Origin: Eledone cirrhosa
Lineage: Eukaryota
Length of the DNA: 64,000 nucleotides
Direction: 5' to 3'
NCBI GenBank assembly: GCA_964016885.1
Contig: CAXHJY010001477.1
Location: 682,001 to 746,000 of the forward strand
The notes under the pieces are model-generated. The model was not told the DNA's origin. It saw only the letters and a program-made list of their open reading frames with translations, and ran no database searches. Positions within the stretch are counted from its first letter, which is position 1. Every line of letters starts with the position of its first letter. The position numbers and the translations under genes were made by a program. Below, piece after piece: positions 1-13,400 of the stretch.

Positions 1-3000
1 TGAGGAAGAGACACTACCTCCAACTTAGATGACAGAAGGACCTGCTATTGAACTTGAGGAAGAGACACTACCCCCAACTTAGATGACAGAAGGACTATTG
101 AACTTAAGGAAGAGACACTACCTCCAACTTAGATTACAGAAGGACCTTCTATTGAAGTTGAGGAAGAGACACTACCTCCAACTTAGATTACAGAAGGACC
201 TGCTATTGTAGATGAGGAAGAGACACTACCTCCAACTTAGATGACAGAAGGACCTGCTATTGAAGTTGAGGAATAGACACTACCTCCAACTTAGATGACA
301 GAATGACCTGTTATTGAAGTTGAGGAAGAGACACTACCTCCAACTTAGATGAAAGAAGGACCTGCTATTGAAGTTGAGGAAGAGAAACAACCTCCAACTT
401 AGATGACAGAAGGACCTGCTATTGAAGGTGAGGAAGAGACACTACCTCTAACTTAGATGACAGAAGGACATGCTATTGAAGTTGAGGAAGAGACACTACC
501 TCCAACTTAGATGACAGAAGGACTATTGAACTCAAGGAAGAGACACTACCTCCAACTTAGATGACAGAATGACCTGTTATTGAAGTTGAGGAAGAGACAC
601 TACCTCCAACTTAGATGAAAGAAGGACCTGCTATTGAAGTTGAGGAAGAGACACTACCTCCAACTCAGATGACAGAAGGACCTGCTATTGAAGTTGAGGA
701 AGAGACACTACCTCCAACTTAGATGACAGAAGGACCTGCTATTGAAGGTGAGGAAGAGACACTACCTCCAGCTTAGATGATAGAAGGACCTGCTATTGAA
801 GTTGAGAAAGAGACACTACCTCTAACTTAGATGACAGAAGGACCTGCTATTGTACTTGAGGAAGAGAAATAACCTCCAACTTAGATGACAGAAGGACCTG
901 CTATTGAAGGTGAGGAAGAGACACTACCTCTAACTTAGATGACAGAAGGACCTGCTATTGAAGTTGAGGAAGAGACACTACCTCCAACTTAGATGACAGA
1001 AGGACTATTGAACTTAAGGAAGAGACACTACCTCCAACTTAGATTACAGAAGGACCTTCTATTGTAGATGAGGAAGAGACACTACCTCCAACTTAGATGA
1101 CAGAAGGACCTGCTATTGAAGTTGAGGAAGAGACACTACCTCCAACTTAGATGACAGAAGGACCTGCTATTGAAGTTGATGAAGAGACACTACCTCCAAC
1201 TTAGATGACAGAAGGACCTGCTATTGTAGTTGAGGAAGAGACACTACCTACAACTTAGATGACAGAAGGACCTGCGATTGTAGTTGAGGAAGAGACACTA
1301 CCTCCAACTTAGATGACAGAAGGACCTGCTATTGAAGGTGAGGAAGAGACACTACCTCCAACTTAGATGACAGAAGGACCTGCTATTGTAGTTGAGGAAG
1401 AGACACTACCTCCAACTTAGATGACAGAAGGATCTGCTATTGAAGTTGAGGAAGAGACAATACCTCCAACTTAGATGACAGAAGGACTATTGAACTTAAG
1501 GAAGAGACACTACCTCCAACTTAGATGACAGAAGGACCTGCTATTGAAGTTGAGGAAGAGAGACTACCTCCAACTTAGATGACAGAAGGACCTGCTATTG
1601 AAGTTGAGGAAGAGACACTACCTCCAACTTAGGTGACAGAAGGACCTGCAATTGAAGTTGAGGAAGAGACACTACCTCCAACTTAGATGACAGAAGGACG
1701 TGCTATTGTAGTCGAGGAAGAGACACTACCTCCAACTTAGATGACAGAAGGACCTGCTATTGAAGTTGAGGAAGAGACACTACCTCCAACTTAGATGACA
1801 GAAGGACCTGCTATTGAAGTTGAGGATGAGACACTACCTCCAACTTAGGTGACAGTAGGACCTGCAATTGAAGTTGAGGAAGAGACACTACCTCCAACTT
1901 AGATGACAGAAGGACGTGCTATTGTAGTCGAGGAAGAGACACTGCCTCCAACTTACATGACAGTAGGACCTGCTATTGAAGTCGAGGAAGAGACACTACC
2001 TCCAACTTAGATGACAGAAGGACTATTGAAGTTGAGGAAGAGACACTACCTCCAACTTAGATGACAGAAGGACTAATGAAGGTGAGGAAGAGACACTACC
2101 TCCAACTTAGATGACAGAAGGACCTGCTATTGAAGTTGAGGAAGCGACACTACCTCCAACTTAGATGACAGAAGGACCTGTTATTGAAGTTGAGGAAGAG
2201 ACACTACCTCCAACTTAGATGAAAGAAGGACCTGCTATTGAAGTTGAGGAAGAGACACTACCTCCAACTCAGATGACAGAAGGACCTGCTATTGAAGTTG
2301 AGGAAGAGACACTACCTCCAACTTAGATGAGAGAAGGACCTGCTATTGAAGGTGAGGAAAAGACACTACCTCCAACTTAGATGATAGAAGGACCTGCTAT
2401 TGAAGTTGAGAAAGAGACACTACCTCTAACTTAGATGACAGAAGGACCTGCTATTGAAGGTGAGGAAGAGACACTACCTCTAACTTAGATGACAGAAGGA
2501 CCGGCTATTGAAGTTGAGGAAGAGACACTACCTCCAACTTAGATGACAGAAGGACTATTGAAGTTGAGGAAGAGACACTACCTCCAACTTAGATGACAGA
2601 AGGACCTGCTATTGAAGTTGAGGAAGAGACACTACCTCCAACTTAGATGACAGAACGACCTGCTATTGAACTTGAGGAAGAGACACTACCCCCAACTTAG
2701 ATGACAGAAGGACTATTGAACTTAAGGAAGAGACACTACCTCCAACTTAGATTACAGAAGGACCTTCTATTGAAGTTGAGGAAGAGACACTACCTCCAAC
2801 TTAGATTACAGAAGGACCTGCTATTGTAGATGAGGAAGAGACACTACCTCCAACTTAGATGACAGAAGGACCTGCTATTGAAGTTGAGGAATAGACACTA
2901 CCTCCAACTTAGATGACAGAATGACCTGTTATTGAAGTTGAGGAAGAGACACTACCTCCAACTTAGATGAAAGAAGGACCTGCTATTGAAGTTGAGGAAG

Positions 3001-4465
3001 AGAAACAACCTCCAACTTAGATGACAGAAGGACCTGCTATTGAAGGTGAGGAAGAGACACTACCTCTAACTTAGATGACAGAAGGACATGCTATTGAAGT
3101 TGAGGAAGAGACACTACCTCCAACTTAGATGACAGAAGGACTATTGAACTTAAGGAAGAGACACTACCTCCAACTTAGATGACAGAATGACCTGTTATTG
3201 AAGTTGAGGAAGAGACACTACCTCCAACTTAGATGAAAGAAGGACCTGCTATTGAAGTTGAGGAAGAGACACTACCTCCAACTCAGATGACAGAAGGACC
3301 TGCTATTGAAGTTGAGGAAGAGACACTACCTCCAACTTAGATGACAGAAGGACCTGCTATTGAAGGTGAGGAAGAGACACTACCTCCAGCTTAGATGATA
3401 GAAGGACCTGCTATTGAAGTTGAGAAAGAGACACTACCTCTAACTTAGATGACAGAAGGACCTGCTATTGTAGTTGAGGAAGAGAAACAACCTCCAACTT
3501 AGATGACAGAAGGACCTGCTATTGAAGGTGAGGAAGAGACACTACCTCTAACTTAGATGACAGAAGGACCTGCTATTGAAGTTGAGGAAGAGACACTACC
3601 TCCAACTTAGATGACAGAAGGACTATTGAACTTAAGGAAGAGACACTACCTCCAACTTAGATTACAGAAGGACCTTCTATTGTAGATGAGGAAGAGACAC
3701 TACCTCCAACTTAGATGACAGAAGGACCTGCTATTGAAGTTGAGGAAGAGACACTACCTCCAACTTAGATGACAGAAGGACCTGCTATTGAAGTTGATGA
3801 AGAGACACTACCTCCAACTTAGATGACAGAAGGACCTGCTATTGTAGTTGAGGAAGAGACACTACCTACAACTTAGATGACAGAAGGACCTGCGATTGTA
3901 GTTGAGGAAGAGACACTACCTCCAACTTAGATGACAGAAGGACCTGCTATTGAAGGTGAGGAAGAGACACTACCTCCAACTTAGATGACAGAAGGACCTG
4001 CTATTGTAGTTGAGGAAGAGACACTACCTCCAACTTAGATGACAGAAGGATCTGCTATTGAAGTTGAGGAAGAGACAATACCTCCAACTTAGATGACAGA
4101 AGGACTATTGAACTTAAGGAAGAGACACTACCTCCAACTTAGATGACAGAAGGACCTGCTATTGAAGTTGAGGAAGAGAGACTACCTCCAACTTAGATGA
4201 CAGAAGGACCTGCTATTGAAGTTGAGGAAGAGACACTACCTCCAACTTAGGTGACAGAAGGACCTGCAATTGAAGTTGAGGAAGAGACACTACCTCCAAC
4301 TTAGATGACAGAAGGACGTGCTATTGTAGTCGAGGAAGAGACACTACCTCCAACTTAGATGACAGAAGGACCTGCTATTGAAGTTGAGGAAGAGACACTA
4401 CCTCCAACTTAGATGACAGAAGGACCTGCTATTGAAGTTGAGGATGAGACACTACCTCCAACTTA
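1..4465 (+). repeat. Partial duplication at offset 2618 bp (49 monomers): ~1-1847 matches ~2619-4465
   Basis: CCCCC 71/2689, GAATAG 271/2889 and TGAGGATGAG 1821/4439 all differ by 2618. A few point differences exist (CTCAAGG vs CTTAAGG; TGTACTT/AAATAACC vs TGTAGTT/AAACAACC). Confidence 0.85.
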
Positions 4466-7400
4466 GATGACAGAAGGACCTGCTATTGTAGTTGAGGAAG
4501 AGACACTACCTCCAACTTAGATGACAGAACGACCTGCTATCGTAGTTGAGGAAGAGACACTACCTCCAACTTAGATGACAGAAGGACCTGCTATTGTAGT
4601 TGAGGAAGAGACACTACCTCCAACTTAGATCACAGAAGGACCTGCTATTGAAGTTGAGGAAGAGACACTACCTCCAACTTAGATGACAGAAGGACTATTG
4701 AAGTTGAGGAAGAGACACTACCTCCAACTTAGATGACAGAAGGACTATTGAAGGTGAGGAAGAGACACTACCTCCAGCTTAGATGACCGAAGGACCTGCT
4801 ATTGTAGGTGAGGAAGAGACACTACCTCCAACTTAGATGACAGAAGGACCTGCTATTGAAGTTGAGGAAGAGACACTACCTCTAACTTAGATGACAGAAG
4901 GACCTGCTATTGAAGTTGAGGAAGAGACACTACCTCCAACTTAGATGACAGAAGGACCTGCTATTGAAGTTGAGGAAGAGACACTACCTCCAACTTAGAT
5001 GACAGAATGACCTGTTATTGAAGTTGAGGAAGAGACACTACCTCCAACTTAGATGACAGAAGGACTATTGAAGGTGAGGAAGAGACACTACCTCCAACTT
5101 AGATGACAGAAGGACCTGCTATTGAACTTGAGGAAGAGACACTACCTCCAACTTAGATGACAGAAGGACCTGCTATTGAAGTTGAGGAAGAGACACTACC
5201 TCTAACTTAGATGACAGAAGGACTATTGAAGATGAGGAAGAGACACTACCTCCAACTTAGATGACAGAAGGACCTGCTATTGTAGTTGAGGAAGAGACAC
5301 TACCTCCAACTTAGATGACAGAAGGACCTGCTATTGTAGTTGAGGAAGAGACACTACCTACAACTTACATGACAGAAGGACCTGCTATTGTAGTTGAGGA
5401 AGAGACACTACCTACAACTTAGATGACAGCAGGACCTGCTATTGAAGTTGAGGAAGAGACACTACCTCCAACTTACATGACAGAAGGACCTGCTATTGAA
5501 GTTGAGGAAGAGACACTACCTCCAACTTAGATGACAGAAGGACCTGCTATTGAAGATGAGGAAGAGACACTACCTCCAACTTAGATGACAGAAGGACCTG
5601 CTATTGAAGTTGAGGAAGAGACACTACCTCGAACTTAGATGACAGAAGGACCTGCTATTGAAGTTGAGGAAGAGACACTACCTCCAACTTAGATAACAGA
5701 AGGACCTGCTATTGAAGTTGAGGAAGAGACACTACCTCCAACTTAGATGACAGAAGGACCTGCTATCGTAGTTGAGGAAGAGACACTACCTCCAACTTAG
5801 ATGACAGAAGGACCTGCTATTGTAGTTGAGGAAGAGACACTACCTCCAACTTAGATCACAGAAGGACCGGCTATTGAAGTTGAGGAAGAGACACTACCTC
5901 CAACTTAGATGACAGAAGGACCTGCTATTGAAGTTGAGGAAGAGACACTACCTCCAACTTAGATGACAGAAGGACTATTGAAGTTGAGGAAGAGACACTA
6001 CCTCCAACTTAGATGACAGAAGGACTATTGAAGGTGAGGAAGAGACACTACCTCCAGCTTAGATGACAGAAGGACCTGCTATTGAAGTTGAGGAATAGAC
6101 ACTACCTCCAACTTAGATGACAGAATGACCTGTTATTGAAGTTGAGGAAGAGACACTACCTCCAACTTAGATGAAAGAAGGACCTGCTATTGAAGTTGAG
6201 GAAGAGAAACAACCTCCAACTTAGATGACAGAAAGACCTGCTATTGAAGGTGAGGAAGAGACACTACCTCTAACTTAGATGACAGAAGGACATGCTATTG
6301 AAGTTGAGGAAGAGACACTACCTCCAACTTAGATGACAGAAGGACTATTGAACTTAAGGAAGAGACACTACCTCCAACTTAGATTACAGAAGGACCTTCT
6401 ATTGTAGATGAGGAAGAGACACTACCTCCAACTTAGATGACAGAAGGACCTGCTATTGAAGTTGAGGAAGAGACACTACCTCCAACTTAGATGACAGAAG
6501 GACCTGCTATTGAAATTGATGAAGAGACACTACCTCCAACTTAGATGACAGAAGGACCTGCTATTGTAGTTGAGGAAGAGACACTACCTACAACTTAGAT
6601 GACAGAAGGACCTGCGATTGTAGTTGAGGAAGAGACACTACCTCCAACTTAGATGACAGAAGGACCTGCTATTGAAGGTGAGGAAGAGACACTACCTCCA
6701 ACTTAGATGACAGAAGGACATGCTATTGTAGTTGAGGAAGAGACACTACCTCCAACTTAGATGACAGAAGGATCTGCTATTGAAGTTGAGGAAGAGACAC
6801 TACCTCCAACTTAGATAACAGAAGGACCTGCTATTGTAGTTGAGGAAGAGACACTACCTCCAACTTAGATCACAGAAGGACCTGCTATTGTAGTTGAGGA
6901 AGAGACACTACCTCCAACTTAGATGACAGAAGGACTATTGAAGTTGCGGAAGAGACACTACCTCTAACTTAGATGACAGAAGGACTATTGAAGATGAGGA
7001 AGAGACACTACCTCCAACTTAGATGACAGAAGGACCTGCTATTGTAGTTGAGGAAGAGACACTACCTCCAACTTAGATGACAGAAGGACCTGCTATTGAA
7101 GTTGAGGAAGAGACACTACCTCCAACTTAGATGACAGAAGGACCTGCTATTGTAGTTGAGGAAGAGACACTACCTCCAACTTACATGACAGAAGGACCTG
7201 CTATTGAAGTCGAGGAAGAGACACTACCTCCAACTTAGATGACAGAAGGACTATTGAAGTTGAGGAAGAGACACTACCTCCAACTTAGATGACAGAAGGA
7301 CTAATGAAGGTGAGGAAGAGACACTACCTCCAACTTAGATGACAGAAGGACCTGCTATTGAAGTTGAGGAAGAGACACTACCTCCAACTTAGATGACAGA

Positions 7401-10400
7401 AGGACCTGTTATTGAAGTTGAGGAAGAGACACTACCTCCAACTTAGATGAAAGAAGGACCTGCTATTGAAGTTGAGGAAGAGACACTACCTCCAACTCAG
7501 ATGACAGAAGGACCTGCTATTGAAGTTGAGGAAGAGACACTACCTCCAACTTAGATGACAGAAGGACCTGCTATTGAAGGTGAGGAAGAGACACTACCTC
7601 CAGCTTAGATGATAGAAGGACCTGCTATTGAAGTTGAGAAAGAGACACTACCTCTAACTTAGATGACAGAAGGACCTGCTATTGTACTTGAGGAAGAGAA
7701 ATAACCTCCAACTTAGATGACAGAAGGACCTGCTATTGAAGGTGAGGAAGAGACACTACCTCTAACTTAGATGACAGAAGGACCTGCTATTGAAGTTGAG
7801 GAAGAGACACTACCTCCAACTTAGATGACAGAAGGACTATTGAACTTAAGGAAGAGACACTACCTCCAACTTAGATTACAGAAGGACCTTCTATTGTAGA
7901 TGAGGAAGAGACACTACCTCCAACTTAGATGACAGAAGGACCTGCTATTGAAGTTGAGGAAGAGACACTACCTCCAACTTAGATGACAGAAGGACCTGCT
8001 ATTGAAGTTGATGAAGAGACACTACCTCCAACTTAGATGACAGAAGGACCTGCTATTGTAGTTGAGGAAGAGACACTACCTACAACTTAGATGACAGAAG
8101 GACCTGCGATTGTAGTTGAGGAAGAGACACTACCTCCAACTTAGATGACAGAAGGACCTGCTATTGAAGGTGAGGAAGAGACACTACCTCCAACTTAGAT
8201 GACAGAAGGACCTGCTATTGTAGTTGAGGAAGAGACACTACCTCCAACTTAGATGACAGAAGGATCTGCTATTGAAGTTGAGGAAGAGACAATACCTCCA
8301 ACTTAGATGACAGAAGGACTATTGAACTTAAGGAAGAGACACTACCTCCAACTTAGATGACAGAAGGACCTGCTATTGAAGTTGAGGAAGAGAGACTACC
8401 TCCAACTTAGATGACAGAAGGACCTGCTATTGAAGTTGAGGAAGAGACACTACCTCCAACTTAGGTGACAGAAGGACCTGCAATTGAAGTTGAGGAAGAG
8501 ACACTACCTCCAACTTAGATGACAGAAGGACGTGCTATTGTAGTCGAGGAAGAGACACTACCTCCAACTTAGATGACAGAAGGACCTGCTATTGAAGTTG
8601 AGGAAGAGACACTACCTCCAACTTAGATGACAGAAGGACCTGCTATTGAAGTTGAGGATGAGACACTACCTCCAACTTAGGTGACAGTAGGACCTGCAAT
8701 TGAAGTTGAGGAAGAGACACTACCTCCAACTTAGATGACAGAAGGACGTGCTATTGTAGTCGAGGAAGAGACACTGCCTCCAACTTACATGACAGTAGGA
8801 CCTGCTATTGAAGTCGAGGAAGAGACACTACCTCCAACTTAGATGACAGAAGGACTATTGAAGTTGAGGAAGAGACACTACCTCCAACTTAGATGACAGA
8901 AGGACTAATGAAGGTGAGGAAGAGACACTACCTCCAACTTAGATGACAGAAGGACCTGCTATTGAAGTTGAGGAAGCGACACTACCTCCAACTTAGATGA
9001 CAGAAGGACCTGTTATTGAAGTTGAGGAAGAGACACTACCTCCAACTTAGATGAAAGAAGGACCTGCTATTGAAGTTGAGGAAGAGACACTACCTCCAAC
9101 TCAGATGACAGAAGGACCTGCTATTGAAGTTGAGGAAGAGACACTACCTCCAACTTAGATGAGAGAAGGACCTGCTATTGAAGGTGAGGAAAAGACACTA
9201 CCTCCAACTTAGATGATAGAAGGACCTGCTATTGAAGTTGAGAAAGAGACACTACCTCTAACTTAGATGACAGAAGGACCTGCTATTGAAGGTGAGGAAG
9301 AGACACTACCTCTAACTTAGATGACAGAAGGACCGGCTATTGAAGTTGAGGAAGAGACACTACCTCCAACTTAGATGACAGAAGGACTATTGAAGTTGAG
9401 GAAGAGACACTACCTCCAACTTAGATGACAGAAGGACCTGCTATTGAAGTTGAGGAAGAGACACTACCTCCAACTTAGATGACAGAACGACCTGCTATTG
9501 AACTTGAGGAAGAGACACTACCCCCAACTTAGATGACAGAAGGACTATTGAACTTAAGGAAGAGACACTACCTCCAACTTAGATTACAGAAGGACCTTCT
9601 ATTGAAGTTGAGGAAGAGACACTACCTCCAACTTAGATTACAGAAGGACCTGCTATTGTAGATGAGGAAGAGACACTACCTCCAACTTAGATGACAGAAG
9701 GACCTGCTATTGAAGTTGAGGAATAGACACTACCTCCAACTTAGATGACAGAATGACCTGTTATTGAAGTTGAGGAAGAGACACTACCTCCAACTTAGAT
9801 GAAAGAAGGACCTGCTATTGAAGTTGAGGAAGAGAAACAACCTCCAACTTAGATGACAGAAGGACCTGCTATTGAAGGTGAGGAAGAGACACTACCTCTA
9901 ACTTAGATGACAGAAGGACATGCTATTGAAGTTGAGGAAGAGACACTACCTCCAACTTAGATGACAGAAGGACTATTGAACTTAAGGAAGAGACACTACC
10001 TCCAACTTAGATGACAGAATGACCTGTTATTGAAGTTGAGGAAGAGACACTACCTCCAACTTAGATGAAAGAAGGACCTGCTATTGAAGTTGAGGAAGAG
10101 ACACTACCTCCAACTCAGATGACAGAAGGACCTGCTATTGAAGTTGAGGAAGAGACACTACCTCCAACTTAGATGACAGAAGGACCTGCTATTGAAGGTG
10201 AGGAAGAGACACTACCTCCAGCTTAGATGATAGAAGGACCTGCTATTGAAGTTGAGAAAGAGACACTACCTCTAACTTAGATGACAGAAGGACCTGCTAT
10301 TGTAGTTGAGGAAGAGAAACAACCTCCAACTTAGATGACAGAAGGACCTGCTATTGAAGGTGAGGAAGAGACACTACCTCTAACTTAGATGACAGAAGGA

Positions 10401-13400
10401 CCTGCTATTGAAGTTGAGGAAGAGACACTACCTCCAACTTAGATGACAGAAGGACTATTGAACTTAAGGAAGAGACACTACCTCCAACTTAGATTACAGA
10501 AGGACCTTCTATTGTAGATGAGGAAGAGACACTACCTCCAACTTAGATGACAGAAGGACCTGCTATTGAAGTTGAGGAAGAGACACTACCTCCAACTTAG
10601 ATGACAGAAGGACCTGCTATTGAAGTTGATGAAGAGACACTACCTCCAACTTAGATGACAGAAGGACCTGCTATTGTAGTTGAGGAAGAGACACTACCTA
10701 CAACTTAGATGACAGAAGGACCTGCGATTGTAGTTGAGGAAGAGACACTACCTCCAACTTAGATGACAGAAGGACCTGCTATTGAAGGTGAGGAAGAGAC
10801 ACTACCTCCAACTTAGATGACAGAAGGACCTGCTATTGTAGTTGAGGAAGAGACACTACCTCCAACTTAGATGACAGAAGGATCTGCTATTGAAGTTGAG
10901 GAAGAGACAATACCTCCAACTTAGATGACAGAAGGACTATTGAACTTAAGGAAGAGACACTACCTCCAACTTAGATGACAGAAGGACCTGCTATTGAAGT
11001 TGAGGAAGAGAGACTACCTCCAACTTAGATGACAGAAGGACCTGCTATTGAAGTTGAGGAAGAGACACTACCTCCAACTTAGGTGACAGAAGGACCTGCA
11101 ATTGAAGTTGAGGAAGAGACACTACCTCCAACTTAGATGACAGAAGGACGTGCTATTGTAGTCGAGGAAGAGACACTACCTCCAACTTAGATGACAGAAG
11201 GACCTGCTATTGAAGTTGAGGAAGAGACACTACCTCCAACTTAGATGACAGAAGGACCTGCTATTGAAGTTGAGGATGAGACACTACCTCCAACTTAGAT
11301 GACAGAAGGACCTGCTATTGTAGTTGAGGAAGAGACACTACCTCCAACTTAGATGACAGAACGACCTGCTATCGTAGTTGAGGAAGAGACACTACCTCCA
11401 ACTTAGATGACAGAAGGACCTGCTATTGTAGTTGAGGAAGAGACACTACCTCCAACTTAGATCACAGAAGGACCTGCTATTGAAGTTGAGGAAGAGACAC
11501 TACCTCCAACTTAGATGACAGAAGGACTATTGAAGTTGAGGAAGAGACACTACCTCCAACTTAGATGACAGAAGGACTATTGAAGGTGAGGAAGAGACAC
11601 TACCTCCAGCTTAGATGACCGAAGGACCTGCTATTGTAGGTGAGGAAGAGACACTACCTCCAACTTAGATGACAGAAGGACCTGCTATTGAAGTTGAGGA
11701 AGAGACACTACCTCTAACTTAGATGACAGAAGGACCTGCTATTGAAGTTGAGGAAGAGACACTACCTCCAACTTAGATGACAGAAGGACCTGCTATTGAA
11801 GTTGAGGAAGAGACACTACCTCCAACTTAGATGACAGAATGACCTGTTATTGAAGTTGAGGAAGAGACACTACCTCCAACTTAGATGACAGAAGGACTAT
11901 TGAAGGTGAGGAAGAGACACTACCTCCAACTTAGATGACAGAAGGACCTGCTATTGAACTTGAGGAAGAGACACTACCTCCAACTTAGATGACAGAAGGA
12001 CCTGCTATTGAAGTTGAGGAAGAGACACTACCTCTAACTTAGATGACAGAAGGACTATTGAAGATGAGGAAGAGACACTACCTCCAACTTAGATGACAGA
12101 AGGACCTGCTATTGTAGTTGAGGAAGAGACACTACCTCCAACTTAGATGACAGAAGGACCTGCTATTGTAGTTGAGGAAGAGACACTACCTACAACTTAC
12201 ATGACAGAAGGACCTGCTATTGTAGTTGAGGAAGAGACACTACCTACAACTTAGATGACAGCAGGACCTGCTATTGAAGTTGAGGAAGAGACACTACCTC
12301 CAACTTACATGACAGAAGGACCTGCTATTGAAGTTGAGGAAGAGACACTACCTCCAACTTAGATGACAGAAGGACCTGCTATTGAAGATGAGGAAGAGAC
12401 ACTACCTCCAACTTAGATGACAGAAGGACCTGCTATTGAAGTTGAGGAAGAGACACTACCTCGAACTTAGATGACAGAAGGACCTGCTATTGAAGTTGAG
12501 GAAGAGACACTACCTCCAACTTAGATAACAGAAGGACCTGCTATTGAAGTTGAGGAAGAGACACTACCTCCAACTTAGATGACAGAAGGACCTGCTATCG
12601 TAGTTGAGGAAGAGACACTACCTCCAACTTAGATGACAGAAGGACCTGCTATTGTAGTTGAGGAAGAGACACTACCTCCAACTTAGATCACAGAAGGACC
12701 GGCTATTGAAGTTGAGGAAGAGACACTACCTCCAACTTAGATGACAGAAGGACCTGCTATTGAAGTTGAGGAAGAGACACTACCTCCAACTTAGATGACA
12801 GAAGGACTATTGAAGTTGAGGAAGAGACACTACCTCCAACTTAGATGACAGAAGGACTATTGAAGGTGAGGAAGAGACACTACCTCCAGCTTAGATGACA
12901 GAAGGACCTGCTATTGAAGTTGAGGAATAGACACTACCTCCAACTTAGATGACAGAATGACCTGTTATTGAAGTTGAGGAAGAGACACTACCTCCAACTT
13001 AGATGAAAGAAGGACCTGCTATTGAAGTTGAGGAAGAGAAACAACCTCCAACTTAGATGACAGAAAGACCTGCTATTGAAGGTGAGGAAGAGACACTACC
13101 TCTAACTTAGATGACAGAAGGACATGCTATTGAAGTTGAGGAAGAGACACTACCTCCAACTTAGATGACAGAAGGACTATTGAACTTAAGGAAGAGACAC
13201 TACCTCCAACTTAGATTACAGAAGGACCTTCTATTGTAGATGAGGAAGAGACACTACCTCCAACTTAGATGACAGAAGGACCTGCTATTGAAGTTGAGGA
13301 AGAGACACTACCTCCAACTTAGATGACAGAAGGACCTGCTATTGAAATTGATGAAGAGACACTACCTCCAACTTAGATGACAGAAGGACCTGCTATTGTA

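Noticed and set aside
25-30. Telomere-like motif (TTAGAT, variant TTAGGT)
   Set aside because: It is a single short motif per monomer, with no tandem TTAGG/TTAGGG runs and no G-tracts.
1-54. GAGGA/AGGA as Shine-Dalgarno sites, or the hairpin as a terminator
   Set aside because: GAGGA lies over 20 nt upstream of the ATG, the hairpin has no U-tract, and there is no gene context.
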